DNA of 64,000 nt from an uncultured Nitrospinaceae bacterium (GTDB lineage: Bacteria; UBA8248). Shown piece by piece: positions 29,413 through 37,545 of this stretch. The notes under the pieces were generated by a model. It was not told the origin of the DNA. It did no database searches and worked only from the letters and a program-made list of their open reading frames with translations. How positions within the stretch are numbered: the first letter of the stretch is position 1; every line of letters starts with the position of its first letter. A program made the position numbers and the translations under genes. The DNA lies in contig CAXFSR010000009.1 of assembly GCA_964005815.1 (NCBI GenBank), positions 69,973-133,972 of the forward strand, given 5' to 3'.

Positions 29413-30630
29413 ATGGTTGATTATAATCTTGATGAGAACCTTAAAAATTGGCAGTCGAAAGTTGCAGAATTTGCAAGAATTGAATTGAAGCCGAATGCGC
29501 AGGAATGGGATCGGCTGAATGGAATAGACCCCTCCAATCCATTTCCATTTGATACTTTAAGAAAAGCATCAAAAGAAGGAATAAGAACATTGACGGTTCC
29601 TAAGGAAATGGGTGGTGAAGGTTTGGGTATTTTTGATCATGTAGTTTTATTAGAAGAACTTGTAGCTGGGGAAGCAGGTTTTGGTGCCGTAATACATCAA
29701 GGATGGAAGCTTGCGAAGATGTTATGTGAACATACGACTGAAGAACAAAGAAAAGAATTCTTGCCACGCTTTATGGATGTGGACACAAGTACTATGGCAA
29801 TCGGAATGACTGAACCCGATCATGGAACTGATAATATTCGTCCCGCAAGCAATATTGATGGAGGGATGAAATTATCCGCGGTACAGAACGGTAATAACTG
29901 GGTATTGAACGGGAAAAAACATTTTATTGCTTGTGCTGCAATGAGTAATATCAATTTTTTATGTGCTAGGACTGATTCGAATGTTCCAGTTAATGAGGGC
30001 GTAACTCTATTTATTATGCCTGATGAGTTAGATGGGTTTACAAGAGGAGTTGTGCACGGAAAGATGGGATGCAGGTTACTTATGAACGGCGAGATGATTT
30101 ACGAAGATGCTGAAGTGCCTGACGAATGGAGGTTAAGCGAAGTTAATGATGGTCTTCCCTATATGTCAAGAGTTTTCTCGAGGCACTCTCCAACAACTGC
30201 AACTTTTGGATTAGGTATTGCACGTGCAGCTTATGAGGATGCTATCGATTATGCCAAAGTTCGTGTTCAAGGTGGGTCTCCCATAATCGAACACGATGAA
30301 ATTCGTCAACGTATAGCAGATATGTACATATCTATTTCTGCTGCTAGAGATGCAATTTGGAAGGCTGCGTGGCATGCAGACAATGCATCTGAAGGAGAGT
30401 ATGACCATAAAGAGGGAATGAGAGTTAAGATTTTTACTGGCGACATGGCTCCACAAGTTTGTTCTAGTGCTATGAATATCTTCGGTGGGAATGGCTACAT
30501 GACAACTCATTCTGCAGAAAGACATATGCGAGATGCTATGATGTGTTATCACATAGATGGTCTTAATGATACCGGTAGATGGAAACTAGGGAGGCTAATT
30601 GCTGGAGAAAAATTTGCAGGTTCTATTTAA
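29413..30630 (+). CDS. Acyl-CoA dehydrogenase family protein
   Basis: GMTEPDHGTD, LNGKKHFI, YAKVRVQGG.PIIEH, FGGNGY...ERHMRDA. Confidence 0.9.
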   Translation: MVDYNLDENLKNWQSKVAEFARIELKPNAQEWDRLNGIDPSNPFPFDTLRKASKEGIRTLTVPKEMGGEGLGIFDHVVLLEELVAGEAGFGAVIHQGWKLAKMLCEHTTEEQRKEFLPRFMDVDTSTMAIGMTEPDHGTDNIRPASNIDGGMKLSAVQNGNNWVLNGKKHFIACAAMSNINFLCARTDSNVPVNEGVTLFIMPDELDGFTRGVVHGKMGCRLLMNGEMIYEDAEVPDEWRLSEVNDGLPYMSRVFSRHSPTTATFGLGIARAAYEDAIDYAKVRVQGGSPIIEHDEIRQRIADMYISISAARDAIWKAAWHADNASEGEYDHKEGMRVKIFTGDMAPQVCSSAMNIFGGNGYMTTHSAERHMRDAMMCYHIDGLNDTGRWKLGRLIAGEKFAGSI

Positions 30631-30646
30631 TCTGGAGAAATTTTGA

Positions 30647-31678
30647 ATGAAAGCTATGGTTCTAAAAAAGTGGGGAGAGGAATTATCTTTTGAGGAAATT
30701 CCTGATCCTGAACCTAGGTATTCAGAAGTAATTGTACGTGTATATGCTTGTGCTCCTGATCAATTCGATGTGACCATTAGAGATGGAAGGGCAGGAGGAA
30801 ACTTGCCGCTCATTCTTGGACATGAGATTGCCGGAGAAATTGTTTCAGTGGGAAAAGGAGTGGAACATTTTCAAGAAGGAAGCAAGGTTGTAGTTCACCC
30901 TTATCTTACTTGTGGACATTGTAAATTTTGTCAAGTGGGTAGAAATACTTTGTGCCTGAATTTTAAGGGATACATTGGTGCACATACTAATGGTGGTTAT
31001 GCAGAATATGTCGCAGTACCTGAAGAAAATCTATGCTTTCTTCCTGATGGCATCGATTTTGCTTTGGCAACCACAATTGTAAGCCCAGTAGCAACTCCTT
31101 TGAAGGCTCTTAAAACTAGAGCAAAGATTCAGCCTGGGCAAACTGTTTTGATAGTCGGTGCATGTGGAGGCGTCGGGATTCATGCGGTTCAGATTGCAAA
31201 AGCATTTGGAGCAAACGTCATTGCTGTGGATATTGATGATCAGAAACTTTCTTCTGCTAAAGATTTAGGGGCAGATCATATAGTCAATAGTGCTAAAAAG
31301 GATTTTGCTGATGAAGTTCTTGAAATAACCGAAGGAATAGGCGCGGATGCTGTTTTGGAATTGGTTGGCACAGATTTGACTTTGCCTAAAAGCTTTAGTT
31401 CGGTTTCACGGACAGGAGTGTTAGTGGTTGTAGGGTTCCAACCAGGAAAAATTTTCGAATGCGATCCTACACGTTTTGTAGATGATGAAATTTTAGTTAC
31501 TGGTTCAAGATATGTGAATAAAGCAGAACTAAGTGAGGCGGTTGAATGGGTCGGAAGCGGAAGAATAAAGCCGGTGATTTCTGGTACTTATGATCTGAAA
31601 GATGCAGAACAAGCACTTCAAGACCTTGCTTCTGGCAAAATTTTTGGAAGAGCCCCAATTCAAATTATAAAAAATTAA
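30647..31678 (+). CDS. Zinc-binding medium-chain dehydrogenase/reductase
   Basis: GHE.AG, structural Zn site CGHCKFCQVGRNTLC, GGYAEY, GACGGVG. Confidence 0.9.
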   Translation: MKAMVLKKWGEELSFEEIPDPEPRYSEVIVRVYACAPDQFDVTIRDGRAGGNLPLILGHEIAGEIVSVGKGVEHFQEGSKVVVHPYLTCGHCKFCQVGRNTLCLNFKGYIGAHTNGGYAEYVAVPEENLCFLPDGIDFALATTIVSPVATPLKALKTRAKIQPGQTVLIVGACGGVGIHAVQIAKAFGANVIAVDIDDQKLSSAKDLGADHIVNSAKKDFADEVLEITEGIGADAVLELVGTDLTLPKSFSSVSRTGVLVVVGFQPGKIFECDPTRFVDDEILVTGSRYVNKAELSEAVEWVGSGRIKPVISGTYDLKDAEQALQDLASGKIFGRAPIQIIKN

Positions 31679-31699
31679 TTTTTAAAGGAGGAATACAGT

Positions 31700-32089
31700 A
31701 TGGCGAAAGTTTTAAGTGTTAAAAATCTTCCTGTGGATCAAAAATATGAACCAGGATTTAATCTTACATTTGGAATTACAGATGATACAACAGGTATAGA
31801 GACTGCAACGTTGGTAAGGACGAATTTTCCACCTGATACTGTTAGCAAACCCCATTATCACGAAAATGGTGATTTGATGTGGTATCACATGTCTGGACCA
31901 AAGGCTATTTGGAATATAGGTAAGGAAAAAATAGAACATGTGACTGAACCAGGGGATTTTATTTATATCCCTAGAGGTGAAATTCATAATACAGTGAACA
32001 ACAGCAAAACAGAGTCTGTTGAAGGAATTGGGGGTTACGGCGGTTGTGCAAACCCTTATAAAAGTGGAAAGATTTTTGTAGAGATTTAG
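31700..32089 (+). CDS. Cupin domain protein
   Basis: PHYHENGD...PGDFIYIPRGEIH. RBS AAGGAGG. Confidence 0.85.
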   Translation: MAKVLSVKNLPVDQKYEPGFNLTFGITDDTTGIETATLVRTNFPPDTVSKPHYHENGDLMWYHMSGPKAIWNIGKEKIEHVTEPGDFIYIPRGEIHNTVNNSKTESVEGIGGYGGCANPYKSGKIFVEI

Positions 32090-32096
32090 AGTTTTT

Positions 32097-32132
32097 ATAA
32101 CAGTGGTGGTTTTAAATGACCACCACTGTTAT
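32097..32132. terminator. Bidirectional intrinsic terminator
   Basis: Perfect 14-bp inverted repeat ATAACAGTGGTGGT/ACCACCACTGTTAT between convergent genes. Confidence 0.8.
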
Positions 32133-32145
32133 TAACGTTTTCATT

Positions 32146-32817
32146 TTAATTTTTTGATGAATCTGGCTGAGGGACAATTCGAATATAAGGTAGTGGAGTT
32201 TCCCATCCTTCGGGATACTTTTCTTTGGCTTCTTCATCGGAAACCGCTGGGAGAATAATAACATCATCTCCCTGTTGCCAGTTTACAGGTGTTGCAACTT
32301 GTTCTTTGGCAGTTAATTGACAGGAATCAAGAAGACGAAGGATTTCATGGAAATTTCTTCCTGTGCTCATTGGATAGGTTAACGTTGCTCTGACTTTTTT
32401 GTCTGGCCCTATCAGGAAAACTGAGCGTGCAGTTGCATTGTCAGTGGCAGTTCTTCCTTCTGAGGAATCTCCATCCTCTGTTGGTAGCATGTCAAAAGCT
32501 TTGACGATTTCTAGTCCCGGGTCTCCTACTAATGGATAACTCACTTCGTGACCCTGTGATTTTTCAATATCCTTAGACCATTTTTCGTGGTCAGATACTC
32601 CGTCCACACTAATACCTAGAATTTTGCAATTTCTTTTTTCGAACTCGTTTTTAAGTCCAGCCATAAAGCCTAACTCTGTAGTACAAACTGGGGTAAAATC
32701 TTTTGGATGAGAGAAAATAATTGCCCAACCTTCACCGATCCATTCATGAAAATCAATAGTCCCTTGTGTGGTTTCAGCAATAAAGTTTGGTGCTTCGTCA
32801 TTTATTCTTAAGGTCAT
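32146..32817 (-). CDS. 1-Cys peroxiredoxin (Prx6 family)
   Basis: FSHPKDFTPVCTTELG, YPMSTGRNF.EILR.LDS.QL, ATPVNW. ATG at 32817 follows AGAGGA. Confidence 0.93.
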   Translation of the reverse strand: MTLRINDEAPNFIAETTQGTIDFHEWIGEGWAIIFSHPKDFTPVCTTELGFMAGLKNEFEKRNCKILGISVDGVSDHEKWSKDIEKSQGHEVSYPLVGDPGLEIVKAFDMLPTEDGDSSEGRTATDNATARSVFLIGPDKKVRATLTYPMSTGRNFHEILRLLDSCQLTAKEQVATPVNWQQGDDVIILPAVSDEEAKEKYPEGWETPLPYIRIVPQPDSSKN

Positions 32818-32901
32818 TGTTGTCCTCTTCATAATTCAAAATAATTTATTTAAAAATGGTTATTAGTTTTTTTTTGCTAATAATTCCATTAGACTAATTT
32901 T

Positions 32902-34338
32902 ATGTCAATGAATACTAAATCATATATTCATTCAGCAGCCAATATTCTTGTTCATGTTCCTGAGTTGGTGCGTTTTGGATCTAAGTGCCATCGGGAAATT
33001 GAAGATTCAGGAAATGGGTTCCTGCAAAAATTGAATGAAAATCTCCGTAATTTTGAGGAAGTAGTTTCTTATCCACCAAATCAAACATTTATTGGCAATT
33101 TGAAACCGGAAAAGCTCCAAGAAAAATCGAAGCCTTGGTTTGAAAACCTTCTAAGTTCAGCAACTAGAGAAGGAGTTTTTGGTGAAATTATGGATCAATC
33201 GACCTTTTATATGCTTTTGAAATCTGCAGATGATTTCGATCTTTTTTTCTTGGATTCTTCTTTTATTAATTCAAACAATAATTCTAGCAATACTGCAAAG
33301 AAAATTTTTAGTGATAAGTTCTTAGAAAAAGGAAGTGAAATTGATGAAATTTTAAAAAATATAGATGTGAATAACTCATTGCCGATTGAGAATGATGGAA
33401 AAGTCATAGGTTGCTTTCGTTCGGATCACGACAAGGATGAGTCTTTAGATGCGAAAATTTTATTGGAAAATCTATCTGCAAAAGCAAGCGGTGCATTTGC
33501 CCTAAATCGTCTATTGATTCAAGAATCAATTGATCCATTGAATGTGGAATATATTATCAGTTGTTCAGAAGAGGCTATTGGTGATCGCTATAATCGAGGT
33601 GGAGGAAATCTGGCAAAAGCGATTGGAGAAATGGTAGGTTGCAAAAATGCGGCTGGAATGGATATCAAGGCTTTTTGCGCGGCACCAGTTTATGCACTTA
33701 TTCATGCTGCATCACTAATTCAATCTAAGGTCGTAAAAAATGTTGTGGTAGTAGGAGGTGGTTCTTTGGCCAAGTTAGGAATGAAGGCTCATTTTCATAT
33801 GGAGAAACAAATTCCTATACTTGAGGATTTGTTAGGTGGCGTAGCATTCTATTTGTCTTCTGATGGTTCTGATGGGACTCCTTATATTAATTTGGAAATT
33901 GTTGGCCATCATCGAATAGGAAGCGCTTCTTCGCCTCAAGAAATGGTTGAATCATTAGTCTATGGGCCTTTGGATAAAGCAAATCTGTCAGTATTCGATA
34001 TTGATAAATTTTGTGTCGAGCTTCATAATCCTGAGATAACTGTTCCAGCTGGTGCAGGCGATGTCCCTCTTGTTAACTATAAGACTATAGCAGCTCTTGC
34101 AGTTATGAAAAAGAAATTGGCAAAGGAAGAGATTGAAGATTTCATTCTTGAAAAAGGTATGCCAGGATTTTCTCCTACTCAGGGTCACATTCCTGCTGGT
34201 GTACCTTATCTAGGGTATGCTATTAAGGATCTGAGAGAAGGAATTCTTAAAAGGGCTATGGTTGTTGCAAAAGGAAGTCTGTTTCTTGGTCGCATGACGA
34301 GGAGTGCAGATGGAGTTTCTGTTGTTGTTCAAGTATAG
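32902..34338 (+). CDS. grdC: Glycine/sarcosine/betaine reductase component C, beta subunit (FabH-like)
   Basis: YPPNQTFIGN, LLENL..KASG, CSEEA.GD...RGGGNLAKA, FCAAP, ELHNPEIT.PAGAGDVP..NYK, GFSPTQGHIP, KGSLFLGRMT. Confidence 0.92.
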   Translation: MSMNTKSYIHSAANILVHVPELVRFGSKCHREIEDSGNGFLQKLNENLRNFEEVVSYPPNQTFIGNLKPEKLQEKSKPWFENLLSSATREGVFGEIMDQSTFYMLLKSADDFDLFFLDSSFINSNNNSSNTAKKIFSDKFLEKGSEIDEILKNIDVNNSLPIENDGKVIGCFRSDHDKDESLDAKILLENLSAKASGAFALNRLLIQESIDPLNVEYIISCSEEAIGDRYNRGGGNLAKAIGEMVGCKNAAGMDIKAFCAAPVYALIHAASLIQSKVVKNVVVVGGGSLAKLGMKAHFHMEKQIPILEDLLGGVAFYLSSDGSDGTPYINLEIVGHHRIGSASSPQEMVESLVYGPLDKANLSVFDIDKFCVELHNPEITVPAGAGDVPLVNYKTIAALAVMKKKLAKEEIEDFILEKGMPGFSPTQGHIPAGVPYLGYAIKDLREGILKRAMVVAKGSLFLGRMTRSADGVSVVVQV

Positions 34339-34363
34339 ATTTTAAATTTGGAAAGGAGGTTTT

Positions 34364-34816
34364 ATGGATGATCGCAAAGTTATTGTCCTTGGAGAAAGAG
34401 ACGGTATCCCTGGACCTACTATTGCTGAATGTCTTGAGGCTTCAGGAAGAGAAATAGTTTTTCAGAAAACAGAATGTTTTGTTTGAACTTCTGCGGGTGC
34501 AATGGATCTGGATAATCAGGCAACTATTAAAAAGCTTTCTGAAGAGTATGGTTCGGAGAATTTAATGGTTGTTTTGGGGATGCCAACTGACGGATTGAAA
34601 ATAGCGGTTGAAACTCTAACCAAAGGAGATCCAAGTTGGGCAGGGCCATTGGCGGGAGTCTCGTTGGGACTTCCAGTTTATCATGTTCTTGAAGAAGAGA
34701 TTAGGGATCTAATTCCGCCTGAAATCTACGAAGAAAAATTGAAAATGATGGAAATAGTTTTGGATTTAGAAGAAATTAAATCGAATTTGTCAGAGATGCG
34801 TGCAAGCAATTCTTAA
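34364..34816 (+). CDS. grdA: Glycine/sarcosine/betaine reductase selenoprotein A (Sec41 at TGA 34484-34486), 150 aa
   Basis: RBS AAAGGAGG and ATG at 34364. Translation MDDRKVIVLGERDGIPGPTIAECL...TECFV-U-TSAGAMDLDNQ runs in frame into track ORF 34502-34816 (ETLTKGDPSWAGPLAGV.LGL.VYH). Confidence 0.95.
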
Positions 34817-34837
34817 AATACTTCGGAGGAAAATAAA

Positions 34838-36115
34838 GTGCGTTTAGAAATGGGCTTGTTCCCTGTTGAAGATATTGTGGAAGGAGATGAGACTACCTTT
34901 TCTGATGGCTTGTTGACACTGAATTTTAAACAACTTCGGGATATGGCAATGGAGGAAGAAAAATTTGAAGATGTTAGTTTTCATATAGCTCTTCCAGGTG
35001 ACTCAGTTAGGATCACGAATGTATTAGATGCAGTTGAACCAATCCATAAGATAAATGGAAATTCATCCGAGTTTCCTGGTTTTTTAGGCCCAGCAAGAAC
35101 AGCAGGAGATGGTTTGACTCATAAACTTTCAGGGATGTGTGTCTTGAGTTCAACGTTCTTTTTAGGTCCTCAGACGGGCATTATGACTTGCCGTGAAGGT
35201 ATTATTGATATGTCAGGACCAGGCACAAAATTTTGTACCAACTCTGATACCTTGAATCTTGTAATTAGATTCCTCCCTCTTTCTAGTGCGACGAATATTG
35301 AGCATGATGATGCAGTCAGGCTTGTAACTCTTAAAATTTCTTCATGGCTTGCTAGTTTGACAAAAGATATGTCTCCAAAGGAAACAAAAGTATACGAACT
35401 AACAGATGTTGATCCTTCACTTCCCAAAGTTGTTTATGTAGATCAAGTAATGCATCAAGCTCCTATGGTGCAAACTTTTATGTATGGGAAAGATTTGGGA
35501 GATTCTCTTCCTACTCTTATCCATCCAAATGAAATGTTGGATGGAGCGGTCGTTGGGGGAAATTATAAAACTTCGCAGAAAGTTCCGACTTATCTCCATT
35601 GCAATAAGCCATTAATTCTTGAATTGTATAGTCGTCATGGAATAGACTTGAACTTTGTTGGAATGATTCTCACCAGAGGTCATAGAGATAATCAAGCTTT
35701 GAAAGAGCGGTCTGCTCAGTATGTTGCAAAGCTTGCAAAAATTCTTAAAGCAGATGGTGCAGTTTTATCATTTGAAGGCGGCGGAAATTCTTCTGTTGAT
35801 TATTGGTTAACTGTTCAGGCTCTAGAGCAAATGGATATTACAGCTGTTCCAATCATCTACGAAGTTGGAAGACCTGGAACTGATGAATTTCCTTTAGTTT
35901 ACCATGTTCCTGAGGCTAATTCGATCGTTAGTAAAGGCGCAAATGGAGATAAAGTTGACGCTCCTGCGATGGAAAAGGTAATTGGTTCAGAAAAAATATT
36001 TTTGTATGGTGGACAAGAATTTGACGCACGTGGAAATCTGAAAATAACTAACTCAGATTATTACGCAACGGAGTGGGCATTAGATATCAATGGTTTTGTT
36101 GGCAAGGATTTTTGA
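34838..36115 (+). CDS. grdE: Glycine/sarcosine/betaine reductase component B proprotein (GrdE/GrdG/GrdI-like)
   Basis: MRLE, PGDSVRI..VLD.VEP, FPG, EGIIDMSGPG, PTLIHPNEMLDGA, KERSA, ADGAV...EGGGN. Lies between grdA and grdB. Confidence 0.88.
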   Translation: MRLEMGLFPVEDIVEGDETTFSDGLLTLNFKQLRDMAMEEEKFEDVSFHIALPGDSVRITNVLDAVEPIHKINGNSSEFPGFLGPARTAGDGLTHKLSGMCVLSSTFFLGPQTGIMTCREGIIDMSGPGTKFCTNSDTLNLVIRFLPLSSATNIEHDDAVRLVTLKISSWLASLTKDMSPKETKVYELTDVDPSLPKVVYVDQVMHQAPMVQTFMYGKDLGDSLPTLIHPNEMLDGAVVGGNYKTSQKVPTYLHCNKPLILELYSRHGIDLNFVGMILTRGHRDNQALKERSAQYVAKLAKILKADGAVLSFEGGGNSSVDYWLTVQALEQMDITAVPIIYEVGRPGTDEFPLVYHVPEANSIVSKGANGDKVDAPAMEKVIGSEKIFLYGGQEFDARGNLKITNSDYYATEWALDINGFVGKDF

Positions 36116-36152
36116 TTCTAACTCAATTTTCAGAGTGGAGGCTTAAGACACT

Positions 36153-37469
36153 ATGAGTGAAATTAAAATTGTACATTTCCTGAATCAATTCTTTTCTGGT
36201 TCTGGAGGTGAAGAGGTTGCAGATGAGCCCTTAAAATTTCATGATCAACCAATTGGTCCAGGAGTGCTGCTAGACAAAATACTCGGGAAAAATGGAAAGG
36301 TAATAGGTACGATTTCTTGTGGAGATAATTATTTTTTTAAAAATGAGAATTCTGTCTATGAAGAAATAAATAAATTTTTTAAGGCAAACTCTCCAGATCT
36401 CTTGATTGCAGGTCCTGCTTTTAATGCAGGTCGCTATGGACTTGCCTGTGCGAAGTTGTGCAAGGAAATTTCTTTGCAAAATGATTGCAAAGTTATTACT
36501 GGGATGTTTGAAGAAAATCCAGGAATTGATGCTGCCAAAGGAGATGTTCTTATAGTTCAAACTGGATCGTCAGCTGGCGATATGGAAAGTGCGTTAGATA
36601 AGATTGTTGAAATTGGTTTAAAACTGGTGTCAGGAGAAAAATTAAATTCTGCACAAGAAGAGGGATATTTCCCTTCAGGAGTTAGGTATAATATTCAGCT
36701 TGAAACTTCCGCTTCACCTAGAGCAGTTGACATGCTTCTTAAAAAAATAAAAGGAGTTCCTTTTGTATCAGAACTGATTGTCCCAGTTTTGGACAAAGTT
36801 GATCCTCCTGAACCTATTTCTGATTTAAAGAAAGCAGTTATCGCAATTGCATCTGAAGGAGGAATGGTTCCACCAGATAATCCTCACAAGATACCTGGTT
36901 CTAGAACTAATAAATGGGGGATGTATTCTTTTTCAGGAAAGAAGGAACTCGAACAGGATTCTTTTATTTCTATTCATGGTGGTTTTAATACGGTTTTTGT
37001 AAATGAAGACCCTGATCGCATTATTCCATTAGATGCACTCCGAATTTTTGAAGATAATGGAGAGATTGCTAAAGTATATGAGGATTTCTTTAGTACTTGC
37101 GGTAATGGGGGAGCTTTTGGACATATGCAAGAAATTGGACAGTCTTGGGCTAAAGAACTAAAGAATGGCGGAGTTGCTGGTGTGATTTTACCTGCAACCT
37201 GAGGCACAGGAACACGTAGCGGAGCTGCGTTAGCAAAAGAACTTGAAAGAGAAGATATTCCTACCGTACTTATCACATGTCTCCCAGATGTTGCAAAAGA
37301 TATAGGTGCGAATAGGATAGTAAATAATAAAGCTGGTCATTTTCACCACCCTTTTGGGGATCCAAGCATGACAAAGAAGGCCGAAGAAGCCTGGCGGTTA
37401 GGTGCAGTAAGGGTGGCACTTAAAGCGTTGCAAACTCCCGTAGAGGTCCCAACCGTTTTTGAATACTAA
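36153..37469 (+). CDS. grdB: Glycine/sarcosine/betaine reductase selenoprotein B (Sec350 at TGA 37200-37202), 438 aa
   Basis: VHFLNQFF..GGEE.A, CGDNYF, AGPAFNAGRYG, ENPG, HGG, EDPDR..PLD. Read-through gives PAT-U-GTGTRSGAALAKELEREDIP...IGANRIV...HPFGDP...ALKALQTPVEVPTVFEY up to TAA at 37467-37469. Confidence 0.95.
37203..37230 (+). promoter_or_regulatory. Candidate SECIS element of grdB
   Basis: 11-nt spacer after UGA, then a 7-bp stem ACGTAGC(37214-20)/GCTGCGT(37224-30) with a GGA apical loop. Confidence 0.7.
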
Positions 37470-37545
37470 TATTTTTTTTTTTGCTCATATCCATGTATGA
37501 TAAAATATAAATAAAATACATTGAATTAGTTTTTGGGAGATCTTT

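Noticed and set aside
10586..37202. Alternative genetic code (UGA = Trp or Gly) as the explanation for the in-frame TGAs
   Set aside because: Many genes end normally at TGA (e.g. 29388, 36115, 40545, 56116, 56908), Trp is encoded by TGG throughout, and the three internal TGAs fall exactly at Cys/Sec motif positions.
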